The notes: generated from the letters alone by a model not told the origin. A stretch of DNA of 64,000 bases from Thermoanaerobaculia bacterium (GCA_963816185.1 CAWFJJ010000029.1:32001-96000); one strand, 5' to 3'; positions 38,902-48,929 are shown, numbered from the stretch's first letter. Numbers and translations: made by a program.

Positions 38902-40275
38902 GTGGCCGCCGCCCTCGTCCTCTACGGCGCCGCCGTCCTTTTCGTCGGCCTCTTCGCGGCGCGAGACGCGTCGCGCTCTCAGGGGGCGTTTCTCGTCGCG
39001 GACCGCGGCCTCTCGGCGTTCACGACCTGGGCGGCCCTCTCCTCGACGGTGATCGGCGGGTCCACGACCCTCGTCCTCGCGGCGCTCGTCGCGCAGGTGG
39101 GTCTGCCCGCGCTCTGGCTCGACCTCGCCGGGGCGCTCGGCCTCTTCGCCCTTGGTCTCTTCTTCGCCTCGCGAGTCCGTGCGACGGGCGCGACGACGAT
39201 CGCCGAGGTCGTGGGAAGAACGTACGGAGAGGGCGTGAGGCGGATCGCCGCCTTTCTCGTCGTCCTCGCGGAGATCGTCTGGTTCGCGCTTCTGACCGAG
39301 GCGACCGAGACGGTCATCGTCGCGACGACGCCATGGGATCCCGTGCGCGTCCTCGTCGTCACGGCGGCCCTCTTCGTCGCCTACACGGCGCTCGGAGGCC
39401 AGCGCGCCGTCGTCAGGACGGACATCCTCCAGTTCGGTCTCATGGTCGCGGGCCTTCTCGCCGTGGCCCTTCCGCTCGCGCTCCGCTCCCTCGTGGCCAC
39501 GGGCGCTCCGGCGGACCTCCTCCGCTTCCCGACGGGCCCGCGTTTCTCGTGGGGGGACGCGTGTGCGCTGCTCGTTCTCGTGGGCCTCCCGCACACCGTG
39601 GGGAGCGACGTGTGGGCGAAGCTCCTGTCCGCGCGCGAGGAGCGTGTCGCGCGCCGTGCGGCCCTCGGCGCCGCTCTTTCCAAGGTCGCGTTCGGCCTCG
39701 CGACCGCGACGATCGCCCTCGCGGGCATCGCCCGCGGCGTGGGCGGTCCTCCCGCGGAGCTCTTCCCCCGCACGGTGTTCCTCCTCGCGGGAACGGCGCT
39801 CGCCCCGCTTCTTCTCGTGGCGCTCGTCGCGACAATGCAGTCCTCGGCGGACTCCGTCCTCCTGTCGGCCGCCGCCGCGACGACGCACGACCTCCTCGGA
39901 CCGAGGGCGGGCGTCCTCACGACCCGTCTCGCCGTGGTCGCGTATGGCGGGCTCGGCCTCGTCGTGGCGCTCGTCCTTCGTGATCTCGTCGAGACGTTCC
40001 GCCTCGGCTACACGCTCTTCGCGTCCGGCCTCATCCTGCCCACGCTCGTCGCGTTCTGTCCCGGCGTCCGCGTGGACCGGCGATTCGCCGGCGCCGCGAT
40101 GCTTCTCGGCGGCGCGACGGCGATGCTCGAGCGCTTCGCTCATCCTTTCGGCGTCGATCCCGTCCTCGCGGGCACGGGCGTTAACGCTTTGGTCCTCCTC
40201 CTCGGCGTTTCTCGAGCGGTGAAGGGGGTCGGGGGGAAACACGACCGTGTTTCCCCCATCGCTAGAAGTGGCTAG
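38902..40275 (+). CDS. Sodium:solute symporter family protein
   Basis: FLVADR.L, YTALGGQRAVVRTD and MQSSADS motifs; about 13 TM helices. Confidence 0.9.
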   Translation: MAAALVLYGAAVLFVGLFAARDASRSQGAFLVADRGLSAFTTWAALSSTVIGGSTTLVLAALVAQVGLPALWLDLAGALGLFALGLFFASRVRATGATTIAEVVGRTYGEGVRRIAAFLVVLAEIVWFALLTEATETVIVATTPWDPVRVLVVTAALFVAYTALGGQRAVVRTDILQFGLMVAGLLAVALPLALRSLVATGAPADLLRFPTGPRFSWGDACALLVLVGLPHTVGSDVWAKLLSAREERVARRAALGAALSKVAFGLATATIALAGIARGVGGPPAELFPRTVFLLAGTALAPLLLVALVATMQSSADSVLLSAAAATTHDLLGPRAGVLTTRLAVVAYGGLGLVVALVLRDLVETFRLGYTLFASGLILPTLVAFCPGVRVDRRFAGAAMLLGGATAMLERFAHPFGVDPVLAGTGVNALVLLLGVSRAVKGVGGKHDRVSPIARSG

Positions 40276-40316
40276 CGCGCCTTCCCCAGGCGCGTGCGAA
40301 GCACGCGGCGCGCTAG
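40203..40316 (+). repeat. Composite hairpin repeat, copy A
   Basis: 63-bp unit (40203-40265) similar to 45622-45684, followed by a CTAG-bounded hairpin. Confidence 0.8.
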
Positions 40317-40918
40317 AGGCCGGCCACGCGCAGGGCCGCCGCGACGACCCCCGCGCGCGACGCGTCGGCCACGGCCGGCGACGAATCCGCTTCGGGGCCG
40401 CTCCCGTTCTGCGCTGCCACGAGCGCGGCGTCGAGAAGCGCGAGGATGACGCGGGCCGTCTCGGCCGGCGGGAGCGGAGTCGGAACGCCCGTCTCCGTCA
40501 GCGTCTGCTCCAGGAGCGAGGCGCGCGGGTCCTCGCGCTCTTCGAAACGTGCCGCGGCAGAGGGGCCGGCGAGCCGGTTGAGCAAGCTCAGCCTCGGGAG
40601 CGAGGGATGCGCGGCACCGAAATCCCAGAGGGCCTCGACGGCGGCCGCGAGGCGCTCATGCGGCGTCCCATCGCGTGCGGGAAGAGGCACCCCCGCCCGA
40701 ATCGCGGCGTCGAGGACGGAGCGATAGAGCTTCTCCTTGCTCCCGAAGTGATAGTGAAGGGTCGCGACGTTCACGCCGGCCCCGGCGGCGACCTGCCGCG
40801 TCGTGGCGCCCGCGAAGCCCGCCGCGGCGAAACATCCTTCCGCGGCTTTGAGGATGACGCGCCGCGTCTCGACGGGATCGCCGCCGCGGGGCCGACCGAC
40901 GTGTCGTCTCGCCGTCAC
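40313..40918 (-). CDS. TetR/AcrR family regulator
   Basis: FAAAGFAGATTRQVAAGAGVNVATLHYHFGSKEKL HTH. Confidence 0.9.
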   Translation of the reverse strand: MTARRHVGRPRGGDPVETRRVILKAAEGCFAAAGFAGATTRQVAAGAGVNVATLHYHFGSKEKLYRSVLDAAIRAGVPLPARDGTPHERLAAAVEALWDFGAAHPSLPRLSLLNRLAGPSAAARFEEREDPRASLLEQTLTETGVPTPLPPAETARVILALLDAALVAAQNGSGPEADSSPAVADASRAGVVAAALRVAGL

Positions 40919-40946
40919 CGACCGCGCATGCTAGCGTTCGCCGAGA

Positions 40947-41785
40947 GTGGGGGCGAAGAATTCTCTTTCTGTCTCGATCCGGGCGGCCGCGCGCAAGGAA
41001 GCCGCACCGGACGCCGCCGCCGGCGCCGATCTCCAGCACGCGCGCGCGACGGACCCGGAGGGCACGCTCGTCGCGGTGGATCGGGAGGGCCGCCCTGTCG
41101 GCTCGGCCGCCGCGGCTGTCCGAGAGGACACGCTTCTCCTCCTCGCGCTCGACGTGAAGGCGGAGCATCGAAGGCAAGGAGTCGGAAGCGCGCTCCTCGC
41201 GGCGGCGCGCGCATACGGCGCGGCGCGGGGCGCCCGCGCGCTGGAAGTTCTCGCTCCCTCAAACCCGTCCTGTCTCGCGTTCTTCTTCCGCGCCGGCCTC
41301 ACCGTTCGCATCGATCGTCCTCGACATGACGGCGGACCTGTCCGACTGCCCGGCGGAGGGCGCCGCGCTTCACGTCGTCTCTCCCGGGGCTTCTTTTTAC
41401 GGTTGGGTCGCCGCTCTCGACCGCGAGACGAGAGGCTTCGCCCGGCCGCGCGACTGGGCGCGCTGGGCTTCGGAGGGCCACGTCGTCTCGTGGAGGCGCG
41501 GAGGGCGGCCCGTGGCGCTCGGCGCGTGGCATCCCGGGGCGTCGCGCGGTCGCGCTCGGCCCCATCGCGGCGAGAGTTGCGGAGGTCGCCTCGGGTTTCC
41601 TTCCTCTCCTCGCGTCGCGCGCCGGGGGAAAGCGCGTCTCCCTCGCACTTCCCGACGAGGCCCGCGCGCTTCTGATCGCCGCCACGAGCCTCGGCTTTAA
41701 GCCCGTCGGAACGCGCGTCCTTCTTGCCGAGAGGAGACGCGGCGACCTGCGCCGCTACGCGGGCGGCGGCGGCCTTTTCTTCTGA
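40947..41785 (+). pseudogene. GNAT acetyltransferase with two frameshifts (near 41310 and 41540)
   Basis: V..EHRRQGVGSALL motif; continues in two successive frames (DRETRGFARP; ALGPIAA...YAGGGGLFF stop at 41785). Confidence 0.7.
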
Positions 41786-41896
41786 AAGGCCGGGCGAAGC
41801 GGCGTCACTTCCTTTCGGGCGGGCTAGACTTCAGGCCGCATTCTTGCGTCTGACGGCTGCTGCCGGCACCAAAGTCGCAGAAAGAGGAAACCCACG

Positions 41897-43167
41897 ATGC
41901 GCCTCAAGTCCCTTTCCCCCCTCGCCTTCGCCGCCATTTCCCTGCTGCCGGCAACTCTTTTCGCGGACATCCCGGCCTCGACGCAGTGGATCGTCACGTC
42001 GGCGAAAGTCTCCGGAGGAGGCAACGATTACGTCACGTCCCTCCGCATCGTGAACCCGAATCCGGCCGCGGTCGAAGTCGACATGTATTTTCTTCCGCAG
42101 ACGCCGCTCGACGCCTCGAACAGCGCGCTCTCCGACAACAGCGCGGCTCCCAAGGTGGCCGTGACCGTGCCCGCGAACTCCACCCTCGCCCTGGACGACC
42201 TCCTCGCCTCGAAGTTCGGCACGGCCGGCGCCGGAGGCATCCGCATCGACTCGTTCGCGGCGACGGGCGGACTGAATCCCGACCCCGCGGGCGTCTGGGC
42301 GCTCTCGCAGACGCTCGTCGTGAACGCGAAGAATCAGGCGGGAACACCCGGCACGAACGGCTTCGCGATCCCCTCGCAGAACAACGAACAGGTCGTGGCC
42401 CTCGGCGAGACGGCTTACGTGCCGTACATCTCGGGCTCCCCGACGACCAACCCGCCGAGCGGATACCGCACGAACCTCTTTCTCCTGTCCACGAACGCGA
42501 CGGGCACGACCGGCGTCACGGTGACGCTCCGCAAGGGCGACGGGACCTCGCTCGGCTCGAAGAACATCACTCTCGGAAAGCTCTCGCAGACGCAGATCAA
42601 CAACATCGCGAGCTTCTTCGGATACGTCCCCGCCGCGAGCGACACGAACCTGACCGCTCTCGTGACGGTCACGAGCGGCGGACCCGTCGCGACCGGCGCC
42701 TCCATCATCGACAACGCGATCGGGTCCATCAGCTACGCCCCGCCCGTGAAGATGCCCGTCGCGAACAACGGCGCGTACGGCCTCATCCTGAACGACGGGT
42801 TCGGCTTTTCGGGGCGTGCGGAGATCTTCCAGGGCTCGTTCGACTACCTCAGCGCGGGGATCGTGATCGACGCTTGCGGCGGCCAGCCGACGCTCTTCTT
42901 CGTTCAGGGCTCGGAACGCCGGGACCCATCCAGAACACGACCTTCACGAAGAACGCCGATGGCAGCACGTCCTTCGCGGGAACCCAGGCCGACGGCTCCG
43001 GCGCCACGGCGGCGACGTTCAGCGGAACGATCCAGACGTACTTCGACGGCACCGTCTACGGCAGCCTGACGTACACGCGCGCCAGCGGAACCGCCGGCAA
43101 CCCTTGCCCCGCCGCGACCGTGACGTACTCCTTCACCGGCGCCAAGGGCCTGGACCTCACTCCGTGA
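41897..43167 (+). pseudogene. Secreted beta-rich protein with one frameshift near 42910
   Basis: Signal peptide and AGAGG RBS; Thr/Gly-rich frame switches at CAGGGCTC (apparently one G missing) and ends at the GTGA overlap with the next gene. Confidence 0.7.
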
Positions 43168-43556
43168 AGGCCGGCTTCGCCAGGCTCGCCCTCGTGAACG
43201 CGGCTGCTCTCGCCATTCTCGCGGCGACCGCGACGTCTCCCGCTTCCGCGGCGGACCTCTACGGCAAGCCGCTCCGCGGACTGTCGCCGGTTTCGGTCGC
43301 GGCCATCGTCAAGGATCCCGCGCGCTATTCCGCGAAGACGGTCCGCGTGGAAGGCGTGAACGCGGGAGCCGCCGGCCGGCCCGCGCTGAAGGATGGAGGC
43401 GCGGTCCTGCCCCTCGTCTCCGATGGGTCCTTCAAGCTCCCCCCGGACCTCGCGGGCGGGATCCTCGCAGCCGAGGGGCGCGCCCGCGCCACCGAGACCG
43501 GAGCCGTCTTCGTGGCCTCCGGCGTCGAGGTGCGGCGCGAGGGCCCCGCCCGATGA
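43164..43556 (+). CDS. Exported hypothetical protein (OB-fold/DUF4920-like)
   Basis: Signal peptide; YGKPL...V..IVKDP..Y..KTVRVEG; coupled on both sides. Confidence 0.65.
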   Translation: MKAGFARLALVNAAALAILAATATSPASAADLYGKPLRGLSPVSVAAIVKDPARYSAKTVRVEGVNAGAAGRPALKDGGAVLPLVSDGSFKLPPDLAGGILAAEGRARATETGAVFVASGVEVRREGPAR

Positions 43557-44089
43557 GACGGTCTCGCTCGTTCCCGACGGCCTTCGCGGCTCCCGTCGTC
43601 CTTCTCGGGTTGATCCTCACGGGGGCGTGCCGCGCGCCCGAGGAGACCCGCTCCCTCAACTTCGACCCCGAGACGACGACGGGCGCGCTCGGCGCGGGCT
43701 GGGACGGCTTCGAGAAGACCGACCTCGGCGACACGTTCGTCTGGGCCCACGGCCGCGAGGCGCGCGTCTCGATCGTGAGTCGCGCCGACGGCGACCGCCT
43801 CGTGCGCTTCCGGTGCTGGCCGTTCTCCTTTCCGGGGGCGCCGCCGCAGACGCTCACGCTGTTCGTGAACGACCAGCGAACCGAGATGCTCACGCTCGGC
43901 GGCGAGGCGCGTGTCTACGCGATCGCCGTCCCGCGCGCGTTCTGGAAGAGGGGCACGAACGAGCTCAAGTTCGTCTTCGCGTACGCCGAGTCCCCCAAGG
44001 ACCGCGTGAGCGGCGCCACGGACGAGCGCACGCTCTCGGCCGCGTTCGACTGGCTCGAGATTCTGCGCCCGCAGCCTGCGAAGAGCTGA
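43553..44089 (+). CDS. Hypothetical lipoprotein (beta-sandwich)
   Basis: Lipobox TGAC; GW...E....FVW motif; ATGA overlap. Confidence 0.7.
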   Translation: MRRSRSFPTAFAAPVVLLGLILTGACRAPEETRSLNFDPETTTGALGAGWDGFEKTDLGDTFVWAHGREARVSIVSRADGDRLVRFRCWPFSFPGAPPQTLTLFVNDQRTEMLTLGGEARVYAIAVPRAFWKRGTNELKFVFAYAESPKDRVSGATDERTLSAAFDWLEILRPQPAKS

Positions 44090-44095
44090 CCGGCC

Positions 44096-44848
44096 CTACT
44101 TCTCGTCCACCGGAACCTGCGAGGAGACGAGGCTCGGGTAGCGGGTCCTGAAATACGCGAAGAGCTCCGCCACTTTCGTGTCCTCGCCCTGCTCCCAGGC
44201 GAGGTCGCGGAAGCGGTATTCCTGACCCTTCGTCTTCACGACCCACTCGAAGCACTCGTTGCCGCCGGATTTCTTGAGACACGTGAGCTGCTGCTCGGTC
44301 ATCTGCTTCGCCGTCAGGAGGACGTTCTTCGCCGCGTTGCGCGCGTCCGTCCAGCGCAGCGTCTCGTCCTTGAACTCGAGGACGCCGGGATCCCAACGGC
44401 TCTTGAGCAGGACGATGCCGCTGTTGCGCCGCGCGAGCCCTTCCCACCGCATGGCCGCCGCCGGGGTGGGGGTCGGAGGCGGTGTTGCGAGGGCCTCGGC
44501 GGCGGGAACGGCGGCGGGCGTGGCGACGGCCTGCTTGTGCTCGGAGACGGCCGAGATGAGGCTTTCCGGAAGGCCCGCGTTCCGCAGTTTGACGATGTCC
44601 TCCGCCGAGAGATCCTTCGCGATGTCGGCGCCGGAGATGTATTTCTTGAGGAAATCCTCCGAGAGGTTCGCCTTCCAGAGCTTGATGAGGTTGTCGACGA
44701 GACTGGGCGTGGGCGTGGGGGGCGCCTCCACGACCGTCGAACCGGCCGAAGGCGGCGCGGGAGAGGGCGTCGGTGTCGATCCGGGCTGCTGCCCCAGAAG
44801 GGTCGACGTCGCGAAGAGACCTGCCATCGCAGTCAGAAGTAGCTTCAT
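44096..44848 (-). CDS. Exported hypothetical protein
   Basis: GGAGG RBS, signal peptide, LSAEDIVKLRNAGL helical motif and Pro/Thr linkers. Confidence 0.78.
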   Translation of the reverse strand: MKLLLTAMAGLFATSTLLGQQPGSTPTPSPAPPSAGSTVVEAPPTPTPSLVDNLIKLWKANLSEDFLKKYISGADIAKDLSAEDIVKLRNAGLPESLISAVSEHKQAVATPAAVPAAEALATPPPTPTPAAAMRWEGLARRNSGIVLLKSRWDPGVLEFKDETLRWTDARNAAKNVLLTAKQMTEQQLTCLKKSGGNECFEWVVKTKGQEYRFRDLAWEQGEDTKVAELFAYFRTRYPSLVSSQVPVDEK

Positions 44849-44935
44849 CCTTAAACCTCCGAGAAGACTCGTCGGATCCTACAGGAGGCGGCTGCGCGCC
44901 ACGCCACCCGAGACGCAAACTTGTATTCTCTCCCG

Positions 44936-45694
44936 ATGGCAGCCTGGAGGGGACCGTTTTCCGCGGCTCTTCTCGCCGCGTGCTTCGTGCCCGCCCCCGC
45001 CTGCGCCCAGACGGATCCCTGGGCGGCGCGCGTCCGCTCGCGCTCGGACACGGCGCTCGCCACTTTTCAGGGCGTCGACTGCGTCTCGATCCGCGCGCCG
45101 AGGGCGATCGTGTGGCGGCTGCTCGTCGCGCCCGAGTACGCTGCGAAGTGGTTCTTCGCCGGCGTGCCGAACCTCCTGCCGCGCGGGGCGCGCTACAAGA
45201 AAGGGCCCACGGCCGAAAAAGGCGATGTCCTCACGTTGGATGCGACGACGCTCGAAGGGCCTCGTCATCTCGAGATGGTCGTCCTCGCGGCGGTACCGGG
45301 CCAGCTTCTCTCGTTTCTCGTGAAGTCCGACGGCGCCGACCTTCTCGGCAAGGGGATCGAGAAGCTCTCCCTCACCTTCGTGCTCGACACGCCGGTGAGC
45401 GGGACGACGGACCTCTACCTCGCGATGCATTACGACCCGGACTCGCCGTTCTCGGCGATCCTGTCGCCCGCCGCCGTGCGCCACCAGCACGAGAGGAGGC
45501 AGGCCTCGCTCAACATGTTCCAGATGCTCGCCGAAGAAGCGGCGCGCCTGAAAGACCCTCCGCTTCACGATGTGCCGACTGTCAGAAGCCGGCGCTCCCC
45601 GCGCGCCCCGCAAATGAAGACCGGCGTTTTTCGAGCGGTGAAGGGGGCAAGGGGAAAACACGACCGTGTTTCCCCGATTACTGGCAGATTCTAG
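44936..45694 (+). CDS. SRPBCC-like exported protein with repeat-derived C-terminus
   Basis: Signal peptide; IRAPRAIVWRLL...W motif. Confidence 0.6.
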   Translation: MAAWRGPFSAALLAACFVPAPACAQTDPWAARVRSRSDTALATFQGVDCVSIRAPRAIVWRLLVAPEYAAKWFFAGVPNLLPRGARYKKGPTAEKGDVLTLDATTLEGPRHLEMVVLAAVPGQLLSFLVKSDGADLLGKGIEKLSLTFVLDTPVSGTTDLYLAMHYDPDSPFSAILSPAAVRHQHERRQASLNMFQMLAEEAARLKDPPLHDVPTVRSRRSPRAPQMKTGVFRAVKGARGKHDRVSPITGRF

Positions 45695-45738
45695 GCCGCC
45701 CCTTCTGGTGTGGACCGCGCAGCGGTCTGCGGCCTAGA
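45622..45738 (+). repeat. Composite hairpin repeat, copy B
   Basis: 63-bp unit similar to copy A, followed by a TCTAGGCCGC/GCGGCCTAGA stem with an inner GACCGC-GCA-GCGGTC hairpin. Confidence 0.8.
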
Positions 45739-46789
45739 GAATGACGCCTTTCAAGGGCACCTTCACGTCGCTCTTGGTCTTGTCCGTCGTCTTGATGTGG
45801 AGCTCACCCTCGAAGACGCCCTTCTTGATCTTCTGGTCGACCGTGAGCACGACCTGCACGCGCGACTTGTCGACGGGCACGATCTCGGCGGAGATGCCCG
45901 GCACGTTCGTCTCGACCTTCGTGACGGCGAAGGTCGCCGCCTGCGCGTTGTTGTTGACGATCATGACGTTCCGCTTCACGGCATCGCCCTTCGGATCGAA
46001 GTTCCCGAAGTTGATGGAGACCGGCGTGACCGAGACGGGGGGCTTCACGAAGCCCGACACCGCAATCTCCATCTCGGGCTGCCTCTTGACGCCGGTTGCG
46101 ACCTTCACGATTCCGCCGAGGATCCCCTCCGGCGCATCGGGTGCGGCCGTCAGGGTGATCTTCCACTGATTCGGGTTCTTGTCCTTGATGAGTTCCTTCT
46201 CGGGCACCGGAGCAACCGTGGCCTTGAGGAAGGAGTTGGGGGAATCGACCCTCGTCGGCTTGAAGTCCGGCTCGTCCGACACGAGGATGACCTCGGACGA
46301 GGCCGGCTCGCCCGAGAGCGCCGTGATACGGAAGAAGCCGTACGGCAGCGCTTCGACGAAAGGCTTCACATTTGCGGAGAGAAAGAGCGTCATCTGCGGC
46401 ATCGACGGGTCGTCCGTCATGAGAAGCGCCGTCTTCGAGATGGGCCCGGAGAAATTCTTCGTGTCGACCGTGAGGGTGACCTTCCCCTCGCCGCCGGGCT
46501 TGATCACCTTGTCGAACTCCGGCACGGTGCAGCCGCACGAGGGCTTGACGTCCGTGACGTGGAGATCGGACTTGCCGGTGTTCTTCAGGATGAACACGTG
46601 CTTGATGGGCTCGCCCTTCGGCACCGTTCCGATGTCCTTCCTGTCCTCGGGGACGACGAGCTTCGGCCCGTTTGCCGGGTCGGCTTTGGCAGGAGGCGGA
46701 GCCTGCGCGAGGAGGGCCGGGGCGAAGGCGAGCGTGACGGCCGCGGCCAGAGCGGCGGCGATCCGGGGGCGCATTCGGGAGAGAGACAT
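45734..46789 (-). CDS. DUF1573 domain exported protein (tandem Ig-like domains)
   Basis: AAGGAG RBS, signal peptide and KNTG..DL.V..VKPSCGCT...IKPG motif. Confidence 0.88.
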   Translation of the reverse strand: MSLSRMRPRIAAALAAAVTLAFAPALLAQAPPPAKADPANGPKLVVPEDRKDIGTVPKGEPIKHVFILKNTGKSDLHVTDVKPSCGCTVPEFDKVIKPGGEGKVTLTVDTKNFSGPISKTALLMTDDPSMPQMTLFLSANVKPFVEALPYGFFRITALSGEPASSEVILVSDEPDFKPTRVDSPNSFLKATVAPVPEKELIKDKNPNQWKITLTAAPDAPEGILGGIVKVATGVKRQPEMEIAVSGFVKPPVSVTPVSINFGNFDPKGDAVKRNVMIVNNNAQAATFAVTKVETNVPGISAEIVPVDKSRVQVVLTVDQKIKKGVFEGELHIKTTDKTKSDVKVPLKGVIL

Positions 46790-46928
46790 CGGGAACTCCT
46801 TCGGAAAATGCCGGGCGGGATATCGCCCTTTGGGGTTGCGAGTATACGTGCGCGCGCCCCGACAGGCGCCCCCAAGCGCCAACGGGGCAGTTCGAGAGGG
46901 CCAGCAGTGGCCCTAGCAAGGGCTGGGC

Positions 46929-47798
46929 CTAGGCCTCTTCCAGCGTGCCTTCGAAGACGACGCGCGCGTCGCCCGTGAGCGTGAGGTCGCGGGCGACTTC
47001 GCCGTCCCTCACGAAGGACACCCAGAGCGTCTCACCCGAGCGCGTCGAGACCGCGACCGGTGGAGCGGAGCCCGTCAGGAAGCTCGTCATGACCGCCGAC
47101 GCGACCGCGCCGGAGCCGCACGCGAGCGTCTCGGCTTCGACCCCCCGCTCCCAGGTCCGAACGGCGATCCGCGAAGCAGAGAGCATCTTGACGAAATTCG
47201 CGTTCGCGCCCTCGCGCATCGCGGGATGACGCCGGTTGAGGGGCCCGAGGATCGACAGATCGAGCGCGTCGAGGTCGACGTCCGTCTTCACATACAGAAT
47301 GACGTGCGGCACGCCCACGACGAGCGCGAAGGCGTCGCGCTCGAGTATCCCGCCCGTCGCGTCGAGCGACGGCACGGAGCGCCCCACGGCCACCGGCTCG
47401 GGCAGCGCGAGCGCGACGCTCCCGTCGGCATGCACGGTCGCGCCGACGGCGCCCCAACCCGTCGCGACGACGAGCGAGGGCCCGGCGAGGCCGCGAAGGA
47501 AAGCAAACCGCGCCGCGCACCGCGTTCCGTTTCCGCAGAACCGTCCCACCGAGCCGTCCGCGTTGACGTAATCGGCCACGACCCTCGAAGAGGGGTCTCC
47601 TTCACGCTCCGCAAAGACGAACAAGACTCCATCCGCGCCGACACTCGTGCCGCGACGACAGAGCCGGCGAATCGCCTCGGTCTCCTTCGGGCCTCTCTCG
47701 ACGCGCGCGCCGAAGACGAGGAAGTCGTTTCCGGCTCCGCTCATCTTCGTGAACGCGAGCGGCAGCGAGCCGAACGGCGCCGGGGTCTCGCGGGTCAC
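46929..47798 (-). CDS. dapF: Diaminopimelate epimerase
   Basis: KMSGAGNDF, GADG, NADGS..FCGNG and RTWERGVEAETLACGSG motifs. Confidence 0.95.
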   Translation of the reverse strand: MTRETPAPFGSLPLAFTKMSGAGNDFLVFGARVERGPKETEAIRRLCRRGTSVGADGVLFVFAEREGDPSSRVVADYVNADGSVGRFCGNGTRCAARFAFLRGLAGPSLVVATGWGAVGATVHADGSVALALPEPVAVGRSVPSLDATGGILERDAFALVVGVPHVILYVKTDVDLDALDLSILGPLNRRHPAMREGANANFVKMLSASRIAVRTWERGVEAETLACGSGAVASAVMTSFLTGSAPPVAVSTRSGETLWVSFVRDGEVARDLTLTGDARVVFEGTLEEA

Positions 47799-48898
47799 TT
47801 CGCGGTCCCGATCGCGCTTTCGTTCCCCGACTTGTCCACGGCCGTCACGCCGTATTCGCCGGCCGCCGAGCCCGCGTCGAAGTAGACGGGATCCTTCAGG
47901 TCCTGCGCAATCACCTTCCACGAGCCGTTCTCGCGGCGATAGACGCGATAGGAGGCGAGGTCCCCCGCGAGGCTCGGGTTCCACACGAGGCGTGTGCCGC
48001 CCGCCTCGGAGAGGATGAGCACGCCTTCCGGAGCGTCCGGCGGAAATACGTCAGCCGTCGAAACGGGCACCTCGTCGGACGCCGGGCCGAGAATGAGCGG
48101 CTGCTCCGCGACGGGCGCCGCGCGCACGGTGTAGACGTACTTCCGGTCGGGCACGACGGTCGCGTCGACGTACGTCGTCGTGCCGATGGCGACGCCCAGC
48201 GGGCGGTCCTCGTATTCCTCGTCCCGCGCGTCCCGCCGGTAGACCGCGTAGCCCGCGACCTTCGCGGGGCGCGTGCCGTCGAGCATGGCGACGGGGGCTC
48301 TCCAGTCGAGGCACACGCGCGCCTCCTCGACGGTCGGCACGAGCAGGAACGGCCGGCCCGGCGGGACGCGCGGCATGAGCGCGACCAGCGGCGACAGCTC
48401 GGAGGCCTTCTTGCGGTCGCGCGTGGCCGTCACGCCGTACCTCAGGAACACGCGCCCGACGCGTCCCTCGCGGTAGAGAGCCACGAGCGGATCCCTCACG
48501 ACGACGTCCGGCCCCGCCGTGGCCGCGTCGAGGTCCGTTCGCGTGAGCTTTTGGATCGCCTCGGCGCGCGCGCGGAATCCCTTCTCCTCGAGCGCGCGGG
48601 CCGCCGCGTCTTTCGCCGCCTCCGGCGGCCTTTCGCCTTCCCGCGCCCCGACGATCTCGCGGTAAACCGTCACGCCCGTGAGATTCGTGAGCGTCTCGCC
48701 TGCATTCGTCTTCGACGGAAAGGGGAACCTCAGGACGACGTCCGAGCCTTCCTGCGAGAGGCGCACGGGCTCGATGCGGGCGGGCAGGACCTGAAGCGGC
48801 GGCTCTGGCGCGATCTTTCGTCCGCAGCCCTGAAGGAGAACAAACGAAAGAAAAAAGAGAAGAAGAGAGAATTCTCTTCTGATATGCGGCGGCTGCAA
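47795..48898 (-). CDS. Lipoprotein with fibronectin type III-like domains
   Basis: Lipobox LQGC; GYAVYRR...YVD...Y.Y.V and DVFPP...VTAVDKSGNES motifs. The TTG start is uncertain. Confidence 0.8.
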   Translation of the reverse strand: MQPPHIRREFSLLLFFLSFVLLQGCGRKIAPEPPLQVLPARIEPVRLSQEGSDVVLRFPFPSKTNAGETLTNLTGVTVYREIVGAREGERPPEAAKDAAARALEEKGFRARAEAIQKLTRTDLDAATAGPDVVVRDPLVALYREGRVGRVFLRYGVTATRDRKKASELSPLVALMPRVPPGRPFLLVPTVEEARVCLDWRAPVAMLDGTRPAKVAGYAVYRRDARDEEYEDRPLGVAIGTTTYVDATVVPDRKYVYTVRAAPVAEQPLILGPASDEVPVSTADVFPPDAPEGVLILSEAGGTRLVWNPSLAGDLASYRVYRRENGSWKVIAQDLKDPVYFDAGSAAGEYGVTAVDKSGNESAIGTAK

Positions 48899-48910
48899 TT
48901 GCAGCCGCCG
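48887..48910. repeat. Perfect 24-bp palindrome
   Basis: CGGCGGCTGCAATTGCAGCCGCCG. Confidence 0.85.
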
Positions 48911-48929
48911 ATAGATGAGAAATCTTCTG

